DNA of 64,000 nucleotides from the human T2T-CHM13v2.0 reference genome, Homo sapiens: NCBI GenBank assembly GCA_009914755.4, contig CP068257.2, positions 11,712,001 to 11,776,000 of the forward strand, read 5' to 3'. Shown piece by piece: positions 55,301 to 64,000 of this stretch (position 1 is its first letter; each line of letters starts with the position of its first letter). The notes under the pieces were generated by a model. It saw only the letters and a program-made list of their open reading frames with translations, ran no database searches and was not told where the DNA came from. The position numbers and the translations under genes were made by a program.

Positions 55301-55650
55301 TTAAGCCTACAAATTAGCAGAATTTCACTATGAAGCAGTCATCTATTAAGCGTATTCTGAAAAATATCGAAAATAATTTGGGAGTGACATATGCAGAGGT
55401 GAGAAAATAAAGTCTAAGCCTCTGCTTTTATGTTTTTGTATCATGCAATACTAGTATTAAAGAAAATTAATAATACACAGTACCTCAAAATCCCAAGAAT
55501 GTTCTTCATCGTCCTATTGCTTGGATTCTGATTGGAACATCTGAGCTATAAAAGGTTAATCACAGATACATTCATGAGAACATTTCTCTACTATAAACTT
55601 TAAAAACATATATAAATCTACTTTCATTCACGAATCTGCGGTTATTCCTC
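52330..55650. repeat. Duplication unit Q, paralogous to 26340-31450 of unit P (diverged, roughly 80-85 percent identity by eye)
   Basis: Collinear matches, e.g. gtgtatatgctgagtgatgaggagataagtgatcttgaatcagaggagcaactcgtgacactgag vs 26381 atgtatatgctgagtgatgaaaagagaaatgatctttgatcagaggagcaaattatgacccag, and ggtccaaggaccaccagcatcagcatcgcctgacaacttactaaaaatgcagaatccc vs 27612 ggtccaaggaccaccagcaacagcatcacttgagaatttattaaaaatgccagaatccc. Confidence 0.75.
55484..55513 (-). CDS. Candidate 30-nt mini-exon of the same gene (unit Q)
   Basis: aagcaatag|GACGATGAAGAACATTCTTGGGATTTTGAG|gtactgtg gives DDEEHSWDFE. Recalled ANKRD30A repeat segment: KDYEENSWDSES. The homologous position in unit P is 31300-31345. 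Confidence 0.45.
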
Positions 55651-57146
55651 TGTAGCCCGTATATTCTTTTTGTTGATTACAATCACTACTTCTATAGTCA
55701 ATCCGTTAGAATTGAAATCTAAAAAAATCGGAAAATTAACATTATATCATTCGTTAGAATGCAGAAAAATAGAAATTTGACGAACTCCTAGAATTATTTC
55801 TTCACAAAGCAGTCATATCCTCTTCTCCCGTGAAACACAGTGTGTCCTATACTTGCTGTTCATTCAGAAAACTTTAATTACCTATCATCTCTCACTTCTT
55901 TGTAAATTTTTATTTTCTAGTATTACTTAGTTTGATTGACTCTGCAATCTCTATTACACAGTTCTTCAAAAAAGATGATTTATCAACGAACAAGATTTTT
56001 TAGGGATATTAACTTTCTGATGTTAGTAAACTATATGTCCAACACTTTTACATTTCAATATGCCATGACAGTATATTGGGTGTGCTTTGGGTGTCTATAT
56101 GTTTTAGGAAGATAAGCTTAAAAAACTTTTATTGCATATAAATTAAGAAGTGCTTTAATTACAATGACATAGTTCTTCCCTAACTCAACAATGTCTTCAG
56201 AGTCAGCTTGTGACAACTAGGAGAAACATCAGAAATGTATAGGAAAAAATAATTGCCCTAAGTAATCTCACATCCCCACATGTTATAGGATAAAATCAAG
56301 GCCCACACAAGACTTGAGGAGCTCTCAGGCCAATGAGACAGAAAATGAATTTATACCAAAAATAACGTTCAGCTTTCTTTATCAACCAAAAGTACACATT
56401 ACAACTATTTGAATCAGGTTAAAGAAAAAAGCAAACATGCACAACTAAAGCCTAAAAGACTGTATCATCGTTAAAGGTACGTTTATCATTTGACATCCAT
56501 CAACTGTGTATCTGATTTTTAAAAGTAAATTTAACGTGTGATCTCAGCATCCCTAAAGTTCACATTTCATGCAGAGGGACCAAGAAACTAAAATCATACT
56601 TTGGTATGCCACCATTTTCACTCATGTTTAGAAGTGTACCCTGGATCGTTTCAGAGATCTAATGTGTTGCGGTACCATAGCTCTAATAATCTGTGGGTCG
56701 CAGTTCAAATTGTTAGTGGAATGTATGATTGCACAAGGAGATACTTTAAATATTTTAGTTTTACTTTCTCACAACTAAAAAGTCAGTACATATAACTAAC
56801 TTAAAGACTCTGAAATTTTCATGTTTTCATTTTTATTCATTATTTATCAGCATAATAATTATGTACTTAATGGAATTTTATAAACAATCTGATATTTAAA
56901 AAGACAGTTAATTGTGTCCTTTATGGACGTCTCTAAAAATTATAATGCTGATCAAAACAGAATGTTGCCAAAAATTACACTGTACAACCATGTATGCATT
57001 AGAAGTTGAAAAAAATTTTACATATTAAATATGACCACGTACACATGTTGGAAAATGTTTAAACATGCATAAGAATACTTTAAAAAAGTAGTTTAGAATA
57101 TCGGTTACTTCTAGGCAATAAATGGTACTAGTGTAAAAAGACTCTG

Positions 57147-57465
57147 GGCCGGGCGCGGTGGCTCACGCCTCTAATCCCAGCACTTTAGGAGGCCGAGGTG
57201 GGTGGATTACAAGGTCAGCAGGTCGAGACCATCCTGGCTAACATGGTGAAACCCCGTTTCTACTAAAAATACAAAGAATGAGCCAGGCGTTGTGGTGGGC
57301 GCCTGGATTCCCAGCTACTTGGGAGGCCCAGGCAGGAGAATGGCGTGAACCCGGGAGGTGGAGCTTGCAGTGAGCCAAGATCACACCACTGCTCTCCAGC
57401 CTGGGCAAGACAATGAGACGGGCGAGACAGCAAGACGCCATATCAAAATTTAAAAAAAAAAGAAA
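57147..57465 (+). mobile_element. AluY-like element present only in unit B
   Basis: ggccgggcgcggtggctcacgcctctaatcccagcactttaggaggccgaggtgggtggattacaaggtcagcaggtcgagaccatcctggctaacatggtgaaaccccgtttctactaaaaatacaaag ... gccatatcaaaatttaaaaaaaaaag. Confidence 0.9.
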
Positions 57466-57529
57466 ATTTAAGACGTGAAAACAAACTCTACACATAGTCA
57501 GAACCACACACATATCTTGTGAATTTATG

Positions 57530-57830
57530 GTTGTTTGTTTGCTTTTTGAGATGGAGTCTCACTCTGTCACTCAGGCTAAAGTGGCACAAGCTTGGCTCAC
57601 TGCAACTTCTGCCTCATGGGTTCAAGTGATTCTCCTGCCTCAGCCTCCAGAGTAGCTGAGATTACGGGCACCCACCACCACAACCGGCTATTGTATGTTA
57701 TTTTCAGTAGCGATGGGGTTTCACTGTGTTGACCAGGCTCGTCTGCGACTCCTGACCTTAAGTAATCTGCCCACCTTGGTCTCCTAAATTGCCAGGATTA
57801 CAGGCATGTGCCGCCGTGCACAGCCTGTTG
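57530..57830 (-). mobile_element. Alu, antisense (ortholog of 45000-45303)
   Basis: ttgtttgtttgctttttgagatggagtctcactctgtcactcaggctaaagtggcacaagcttggctcactgcaacttctgcc ... gccaggattacaggcatgtgccgccgtgcacagcc. Confidence 0.9.
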
Positions 57831-58010
57831 TAACATGATTTAAACATGCATGGGAATGACAACAAAAATTAATTCAGGCTGTTTTGTACCTCTAGGCAAT
57901 TAATTACAGTAGCATAAAAAGACACCAAGGCCAAAAGCTTTAGAGTCACACTTCTAAAACAGTGTGTCTAGCAAAGAGTCATCAAGTAGTGATTTTTAAA
58001 AATTATATGT

Positions 58011-58041
<31 letters not shown>

Positions 58042-58490
58042 TCAGTCACCTAATCAGAAAAACAAGAAACTGATTTTCTTTAGATTCTCAGAGTGACAAC
58101 ACTCACAACTGTCATGTCAGCAAGTGAAACTTTCCTCAAAGTAAAGATCAGAATTCCAATCAGCATTTGAACCACTGAAAATATTTCACAGTTTCAAAAT
58201 TCACCTGCCTTAAAACCGAGCACGTACAGAAATTGCAAATTGGAAACTTTACACTATCGGGATATTAAAGAAGAACCACATGACGTAAAGCAGAATTTTT
58301 TTCTAAATCCCTAATTCTTATGCTTCTAAATGGCATTTTCTCAAACATAAATACTAACATTGGCATTATTTGTATCAAGTTTTCCCATCAAATTTTCTAA
58401 AGAAAACAACATTGGGAATAAAAGGCTCTCAGCATTTCAAATAGTTTAATATTCTTAATTCCAGAGTAAAATTTGAATTACAAAGTTTAC

Positions 58491-58563
58491 CTGCTTTGAA
58501 TGTTTCTCTGTCCTTTAATTCTAAGGCTTTATTTGGAAGAGAAACTTTCCTTCCACAGGTAGG
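58491..58563 (-). CDS. 73-nt repeat-cassette mini-exon (unit B, copy X1)
   Basis: atttag|CCTACCTGTGGAAGGAAAGTTTCTCTTCCAAATAAAGCCTTAGAATTAAAGGACAGAGAAACATTCAAAGCAG|gtaaac gives PTCGRKVSLPNKALELKDRETFKA. Confidence 0.75.
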
Positions 58564-58656
58564 CTAAATGGGTTTGGAAACACAAAAATTAATAGATAAT
58601 GTATACTTCATAAAATATGTAGGTAATAATCAAGATAAAAATATAAAAGTTATTAC

Positions 58657-58685
58657 CTTCAGAAGACCATCTTTATCAGGAGACT
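58657..58685 (-). CDS. 29-nt repeat-cassette mini-exon (unit B, copy X1)
   Basis: cttttag|AGTCTCCTGATAAAGATGGTCTTCTGAAG|gtaataac gives (x)SPDKDGLLK. Confidence 0.75.
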
Positions 58686-58847
58686 CTAAAAGAAAAGGGA
58701 CATATATAATTGATTATATGCAAGCCTGACAAAGCCTACCAAACGTTCATACAGTGTGAATATGAAGATGAATCCTCATGCTTTGATTGAAAAGGGATTA
58801 CACTAGGTTTTGGGGTCTTTTGGGTTATTGTATTTGTTAACATGTCA

Positions 58848-59711
58848 ACTGTAGGATGACTCCCTGAAACTATTGCTATGGAATGAAAGATGCAATGCTC
58901 CTGATTATTGTAAATACAAAATTGCATGCAGGATTGTGTAAAGACAATGCCAGGTTGGACTGCCAGAATGAGCCAACAGCACATGATGTGTTTCCCCCTG
59001 CAGAGAGCCTGTGAATGGATGTGCAGTCAGGGAGGTTTTACATCACCAAGATTCCTATCCCAGAAACGCATATGTTCATAGCTCTGGGAATGGAATGCCA
59101 CCCTTGTGGAGAGCCTATAAACAGATGCATGGGGGGCGCCTGTCCATATGGATAAGATAGTGCTGTGAACGCCCTCATCTTGCCACGGCTCTTCTAGGCC
59201 TCTTTAGGGTTAAGGCATACTCCTGAGAATTTCTGGTCTAACCAGTTGTCTAGCTTCACATCCTGTTTCTATGGATTGTTTCTAACCAGCTTTTGCTGCA
59301 ACTGTTACTGCTGATTAATATCTTGCTAATCATAGGTTATAGAAAGACTGTGTTTCTTTTTTAAGGCTCTGTTAGAAATTACCGATGCACACACTATATT
59401 GTAAATTCTTATCCCTGTGTACTGTATTTAGCTAACATACAGATGTTAGCTAAAGAATTACTTCACCCCCATGTGACCATCTCACCTCATAATCAAATGA
59501 TCCTAAATCCCTCATTAACCCACCCCCACCCTCACTAAACTTAATAGTAAATGCGGGTATATCCAGTGAATTGTTGGCACCACGGGAACACAAGGCTGTG
59601 ATTCCCCTGGACCCAGCTTTCACTATCTTGTCTGTGTCTATTATTTCTCAACCTGCCGATCCACCTGGGAACAAAGACAAGGCCCCATTGCACTGCAGGC
59701 TGCTGGACAGA
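58848..59711. mobile_element. ~864-bp LTR-like insert (possible solo LTR; begins tcaacTGTAGGATGACTCCC, contains cctataaacagatgcatgg and cttaatagtaaatgcggg) between the two copies of the ~580-bp segment
   Basis: Absent from unit A at the corresponding point (A reads ...gtttgttaacatgccagcgtgacag...). Has TATA-like and polyadenylation-like motifs and no ORF. Family not identified. Confidence 0.35.
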
Positions 59712-59926
59712 TATCCACATGAGGCAAAGCTGAATTTTTTTTATCTCTAAATCTTATGCTTCTAAATGACATTTTCTCAAACATAAATACTAACATTTGC
59801 ATTATTTGTATCAAATTTTCCCATCAAATTTTCTAAAGAAAACAACATTGGGAATAAAAGGCTCTCGGCATTTCAAATAGTTTAATATTCTTAATTCCAG
59901 ATTAAAATTTAAATTACAAAATTTAC

Positions 59927-59999
59927 CTGCTTTGAGTGTTTCTCTGTCCTTTAATTCTAAGGCTTTATTTGGAAGAGAAACTTTCCTTCCACAGGTAGG
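59927..59999 (-). CDS. 73-nt repeat-cassette mini-exon (unit B, copy X2)
   Basis: atttag|CCTACCTGTGGAAGGAAAGTTTCTCTTCCAAATAAAGCCTTAGAATTAAAGGACAGAGAAACACTCAAAGCAG|gtaaat gives PTCGRKVSLPNKALELKDRETLKA. Confidence 0.75.
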
Positions 60000-60091
60000 C
60001 TAAATGGGTTTGGAAACACAAAAATTAATAGATAATGTATACTTCAAATATATGTAGTTAATATTCAAGATAGAAATATAAAAGTAATTAC

Positions 60092-60120
60092 CTTCAGAAG
60101 ACCATCTTTATCAGGAGACT
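60092..60120 (-). CDS. 29-nt repeat-cassette mini-exon (unit B, copy X2)
   Basis: cttttag|AGTCTCCTGATAAAGATGGTCTTCTGAAG|gtaattac gives (x)SPDKDGLLK. Confidence 0.75.
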
Positions 60121-60837
60121 CTAAAAGAAAAGGGACATATATAATTGATTATATGCAAGCCTGACAAAGCCTACCAAGCATTCGTACAATGTGAATATGA
60201 AGATGAATCCTCATGCTTTGATTGAAAAGGGATTACACTAGGTTTTGGGGTCTTTTGGGTTTCTGTATTTGTTAACATGCCAACGGGACAGAAATATACT
60301 TAAGAAAATTTAAAAAATAAATTTCATCAAACTTGCTATGAAGATTTCAACAGTCAAAATATATTTCAACTGACAATAACTAAAGTAGAAAAATCCTAAT
60401 ACCAGTAAGATTAATCTGCCGTATAGGGAAAGAAGTTGAATTTATTAAGATGACCAAGTCATGACCCCCCGCCAAAAAAAAAAAAAAGTCCTAGGTAATG
60501 GTAGAATGCTATGGCATACTGTTAAGGAAACACATCAGAATCTCTTATGTCAATATACTGCAAGTAGCTATTATGTTCTTCAATTTGTCCTGTAATTTAA
60601 GAATTGCAAAGCTGCGATGAGAATTCAAAGGTACAACTTACTTATCATTGCAGAGGATGTTCTAAATTTATCAGCATAAATATCTACTTATAGAATAAAA
60701 GTTTATGAATATATTTATTTTTGATCCTCTGTGATATAGGAGTATTTTTACATTTATGGGGTTCTCCGGTTTAGTCCTCTCAAAATTTCCTGATCCACTT
60801 ATACAGAAAAGTCAAAGCACACCCATCAACAAACTAA

Positions 60838-61128
60838 TACAGTCCGGGTGCCATGGCTCATGCCTGTAACTCCGGAACCTTGGAAGCCCGAAGAGGGCGG
60901 ATGTCTCAAGGCCAGGAGTTCCAAAGCAGCCTGGCCAAAATAGCGAAACCCTGTCTCCACAAAAAATACAAAAATCATCCAGGTATGGTGGCACATGCCT
61001 GTAACCCCAGCTACTTGGGAGCCGGAGCTGTGAGAATCACTTGAACCCAGGAGGCCCAGGTGGCAGTGAGTCAAGATCATGCCACTGCACTCCAGCCTGG
61101 ATGACAGAGCGAGACTCTGTCTCAACAA
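60838..61128 (+). mobile_element. Alu (ortholog of 46874-47160) with an intact 3' flank: the L1 empty site
   Basis: acagtccgggtgccatggctcatgcctgtaactccggaaccttggaagcccgaagagggcggatgtctcaaggccaggagttccaaagcagcctggcc ... gactctgtctcaacaaaagaaaaaacacctgatatgaaag. Confidence 0.9.
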
Positions 61129-63264
61129 AAGAAAAAACACCTGATATGAAAGTATCAAAAACTAGACGTCAATTTCCAGAGACTTTTTACATATCATTAA
61201 CCTGCATATTTCAATGTTAGAATAATGGTTATTGAAAATAACAGTTTTATTGTTCAAGGAATGAATTCTACAATTGCTTTGCTTTGCTAAAACTAATTCT
61301 ATTTGTTATACCATGCGAGTTGTTAAACCACTGTTATGAAAAAGCTTTTATAGAAAGCTTAGCTTCAAGAAAAAACAGACATTTCTTTGACATAGAAATA
61401 TATCTCCTTTCATCAAATAATATGAATAAAACATGCTTAATCTCTCATTTTTCTCTACTTTGTTATTTTTCAGTAAGACACACTTTAATATATTTAGACA
61501 TGTCAAGTATATATGTTGTTTCCTTTGGAGTTGATTGATCAGTAATGAAGACACTTCAGGGGATATAAACTCTCTAAAACACACAAAATTTATGTGCAAG
61601 CATCCTTATGTTATGCTATGATGCATTTGCCAATTGAAAGGGGCAGAAGAAGGCATCTAAAAATCTTGAAAGTCGAACTATCTATTCAACATTTTGGACC
61701 TGCAGTGCTAAAAAATGAACTCACATTAGATTGAAGGAAAGCATAGGGAGATGTGAATGATATGAGCTGCTGAACAAGCTGTGTCTTCAACACAATCTCC
61801 TATTAGGGCAACATTCAAATAAAATAAATATATTGAGATTATATAGAATTATGATGCTGACTGGCCATGAATTCCAGAGGACACAAAAAAAGATTTGCGG
61901 AGTCAGAGGAATTGGAAGATAAGTCTATCTGGATAGCCATATCAGGACAGACATGGCTGAGAACAAAGCATTGTCTGTAATAGAACATACAAATTCTTCC
62001 TTAGAATGTAGTAAAGGGACTCCTTTATTCATATGCAGTTCCTGCCACAACTCTGAATGCATAGATTCTTTTGACTTTACATAAATGCCACAGATTTGTT
62101 TTTATTTTAATGAAGCCCAATGACAGGAGATCCACCAATAAACTGGAGGTAGCAAGTAGCTATTGAAAGTTAAGAAGTTTATGAAATTATTAGAAAATGT
62201 CTTATTGAAACTTTCTGTTACCCATCTCCTAGCATTCAACATCTACCCTCATCAAATTCTATTAGTAAATTTAATAATCACTTTTTGCACAATCAAATTT
62301 TTATTATGCTGGTTAAGTGGGACATACACCATGGTTCCAAATTTTCTATACTTTAAAATTCATTTTCTTCATTTATACTTCATACCATTCTAATTTTCGT
62401 AATTGGTTGAATTCATTGCTTCAATTTCTGATTAATTTCTCATATTATATAATCCTTGAGAGAAAATATGTCCTTCAAACTCAAATTGTTTGTTTCCAGT
62501 GCCATATAGTTAAACATTTCTTTTATTCAGTATGTATTTCAACCTTCCTTGTCTCTCCATAAATCACTATCCTTTTTTCCCTTTACAATTGGTAAATATT
62601 TTATTCTGCAAAGAGGATGGTCTCATTAATTTACCAAATATAATAGTTTTGTATAGGAAAATACATTGAAATTCTAAATATCTATTCAAAATGACATATA
62701 ACAAAACCAATTTTTTTCTTATCAATGGTATAACCAAACAATTTTGAAGAAAATGATGTTACTCAAAGACTTTCTTTATGTAATGTTGCTTAAAGTCACA
62801 GTTGCCAAGCATTTACCAACAACATCAAGCAAGGACTTCCTGTACTTAATATACAAATAGTTTTTTAAAAAAAACAAAATGTCTCTTTCCTCTGCTGAAT
62901 GCTGATTGCAGGCATTAAATCTCCAGTTGCTTGATGAATGCATATTCTTTTAAAAAACAAGCTATCATAACCTATTTTGAGTATAGCAATATTAACAATA
63001 TATTTTTATCTCCTTTGTGATAGATCAGTGAAGCAAGTTTTGAAATGAAGTTAGTAATTTTGAATTTAAATCTACAATTTAACTTTTTAAAAATGCTGAA
63101 ATTTTATGTAACACTTTTCAAAGGTCTTTAGCATAACAAGTTGGTGAGATGAAATGGTAAAATGTGCCAATTAGCTTCCTATCATAGTTCACTTATATAT
63201 CACTTGCATTTTAATAAGTATCGTTATAGATTTCTGAAAAGACCATTATCCTTAACAAACTAAC

Positions 63265-63515
63265 ACAAGAATAGAAAAGCAAATACCACATGTTCTCATT
63301 CTCATTTATAAGTGGGTGCTAAATGATGAGAATGTATAGACACACAGAGACCTAGGAGGGTGGGAGGAGAGAGAGGATCAGGAAAAAATAACTAATGGGT
63401 ATCAGGCTTAATACCTGGGTGATGAAATAATCTGTACAATGAACCTCCATGACACAAGCTTGCCTATGTAACAAATCTGCACTTGTATCCCTGAACTTAA
63501 AATAAAATAAAATAT
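63265..63515 (+). mobile_element. L1 3'-terminal fragment
   Basis: ccacatgttctcattctcatttataagtgggtgctaaatgatgagaatgtatagacacacagagacctaggagggtgggaggagagagaggatcaggaaaaaataactaatgggtatcaggcttaatacctgggtgatgaaataatctgtacaatgaacctccatgacacaagcttgcctatgtaacaaatctgcacttgtatccctgaacttaaaataaaat. Confidence 0.9.
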
Positions 63516-63517
63516 AC

Positions 63518-63850
63518 AACTAGCAGAGACCAGGCATGGTGACCCAGGCCTATAATCCCAGCAGTTTTGGAAGCCGAACCAGGAGGATCACTTGAGACCA
63601 GGAGTTGGAGACCAGGAGTTGGAGACCAGCCTGGGGAACATGGTGTGACCCTGTGTCTACTAAGAAAAGAAAAAAAAAAAAAAACAGCCAGGAATGGTGG
63701 TGGTGCAGAACTGTAGTTCCAGCTACTTGGGAGTCTGGGATGGGAGGATCCCTTGAGCCTGGGAAGTCTAGGCTGCGGTGAGCCAAGATCATGCCACTGC
63801 ACTCCAGCAGGGGTGACAGAGTGAGACCCTGTCTTAGAAAAAAAAAGAAA
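63518..63850 (+). mobile_element. Alu (older subfamily) with a small internal duplication
   Basis: gaccaggcatggtgacccaggcctataatcccagcagttttggaagccgaaccaggaggatcacttgagaccaggagttggagaccaggagttggagaccagcctggggaacatggtgtgaccctgtgtctac ... gccactgcactccagcaggggtgacagagtgagaccctgtcttag. Confidence 0.85.
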
Positions 63851-64000
63851 AGAAAGTGCTAATCTAATTTCCCTACTGGAATCCCCTCTTCACCTGCCCT
63901 CTCTGGAACCTCACTTGTCAGTTCTTCCTCCAACTTCCCTGTGTCTTTAACCTGTCCCCCACCAATCCTTTTGGTCACTGTGGTGGCCAAAGTAATGCCC

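Larger units (their letters stand above)
56850..61600. repeat. Duplication unit B of the gene body (paralog of unit A). Contains an extra AluY, an internal ~580-bp tandem duplication and an LTR-like insert. It lacks the L1, i.e. it preserves the empty site
   Basis: See unit A. The empty-site sequence ctcaacaaaagaaaaaacacctgatatgaaagtatc at 61121-61156 corresponds to A's ctcaacaaaagaaaaaacacc[L1]aagaaaaaacacctaatatgaaagtatc. Confidence 0.85.

Noticed and set aside
58848-59711. Considered calling this a definite solo LTR with TSD
   Set aside because: TG...CA termini and a TSD could not be unambiguously identified at the junctions, and I cannot name the family. It is kept only as an LTR-like insert at low confidence

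Overview
This window is primate (almost certainly human) nuclear DNA, not a prokaryotic locus. It is dense in Alu, L1, SVA, MaLR and simple repeats, so it contains no operons, CRISPR arrays or defence islands. The main biological content is the 3' part of an ANKRD26-like family gene on the minus strand. It most closely resembles ANKRD30A/ANKRD30B, judged from recalled protein similarity without a database search. Recognised exons are: the large C-terminal coiled-coil exon (16589-17501), two upstream coiled-coil exons (18623-18786 and 20068-20285), and several copies of a 29-nt + 73-nt mini-exon pair. The pair encodes the internal protein repeat (SP.KDGLLK / .TCGMK..LPNKALELKD..TFKA, and the PPEKPS.FE / PATEMQ..KNKQTLRA variant). 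Two of the 3' exons each carry an apparent +1 frameshift in a short A/G run, so this copy is probably a pseudogenised paralog, or else contains homopolymer sequencing errors. The gene body consists of diverged tandem genomic duplications: unit A 44700-50700, unit B 56850-61600, and units P 24750-31800 and Q 52330-55650. A young 5'-truncated L1 at 47172-50262 has a 13-15 bp target-site duplication, and the intact empty site is preserved in the paralogous unit B at 61125-61140. Unit B also carries an internal ~580-bp tandem duplication around an ~864-bp LTR-like insert, which adds an extra copy of the mini-exon pair. The 5' part of the window (1-14100) is non-genic. It holds a G-rich minisatellite, a composite GC-rich tandem-repeat block with a CCAAT-box inverted repeat, a ~70-bp-period minisatellite, and an old minus-strand L1 interrupted by MaLR, Alu and a 5'-truncated SVA with a ~2.2-kb VNTR. 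The long ORFs in the supplied track over the minisatellites, the SVA VNTR and the L1 bodies are repeat translations, not genes.
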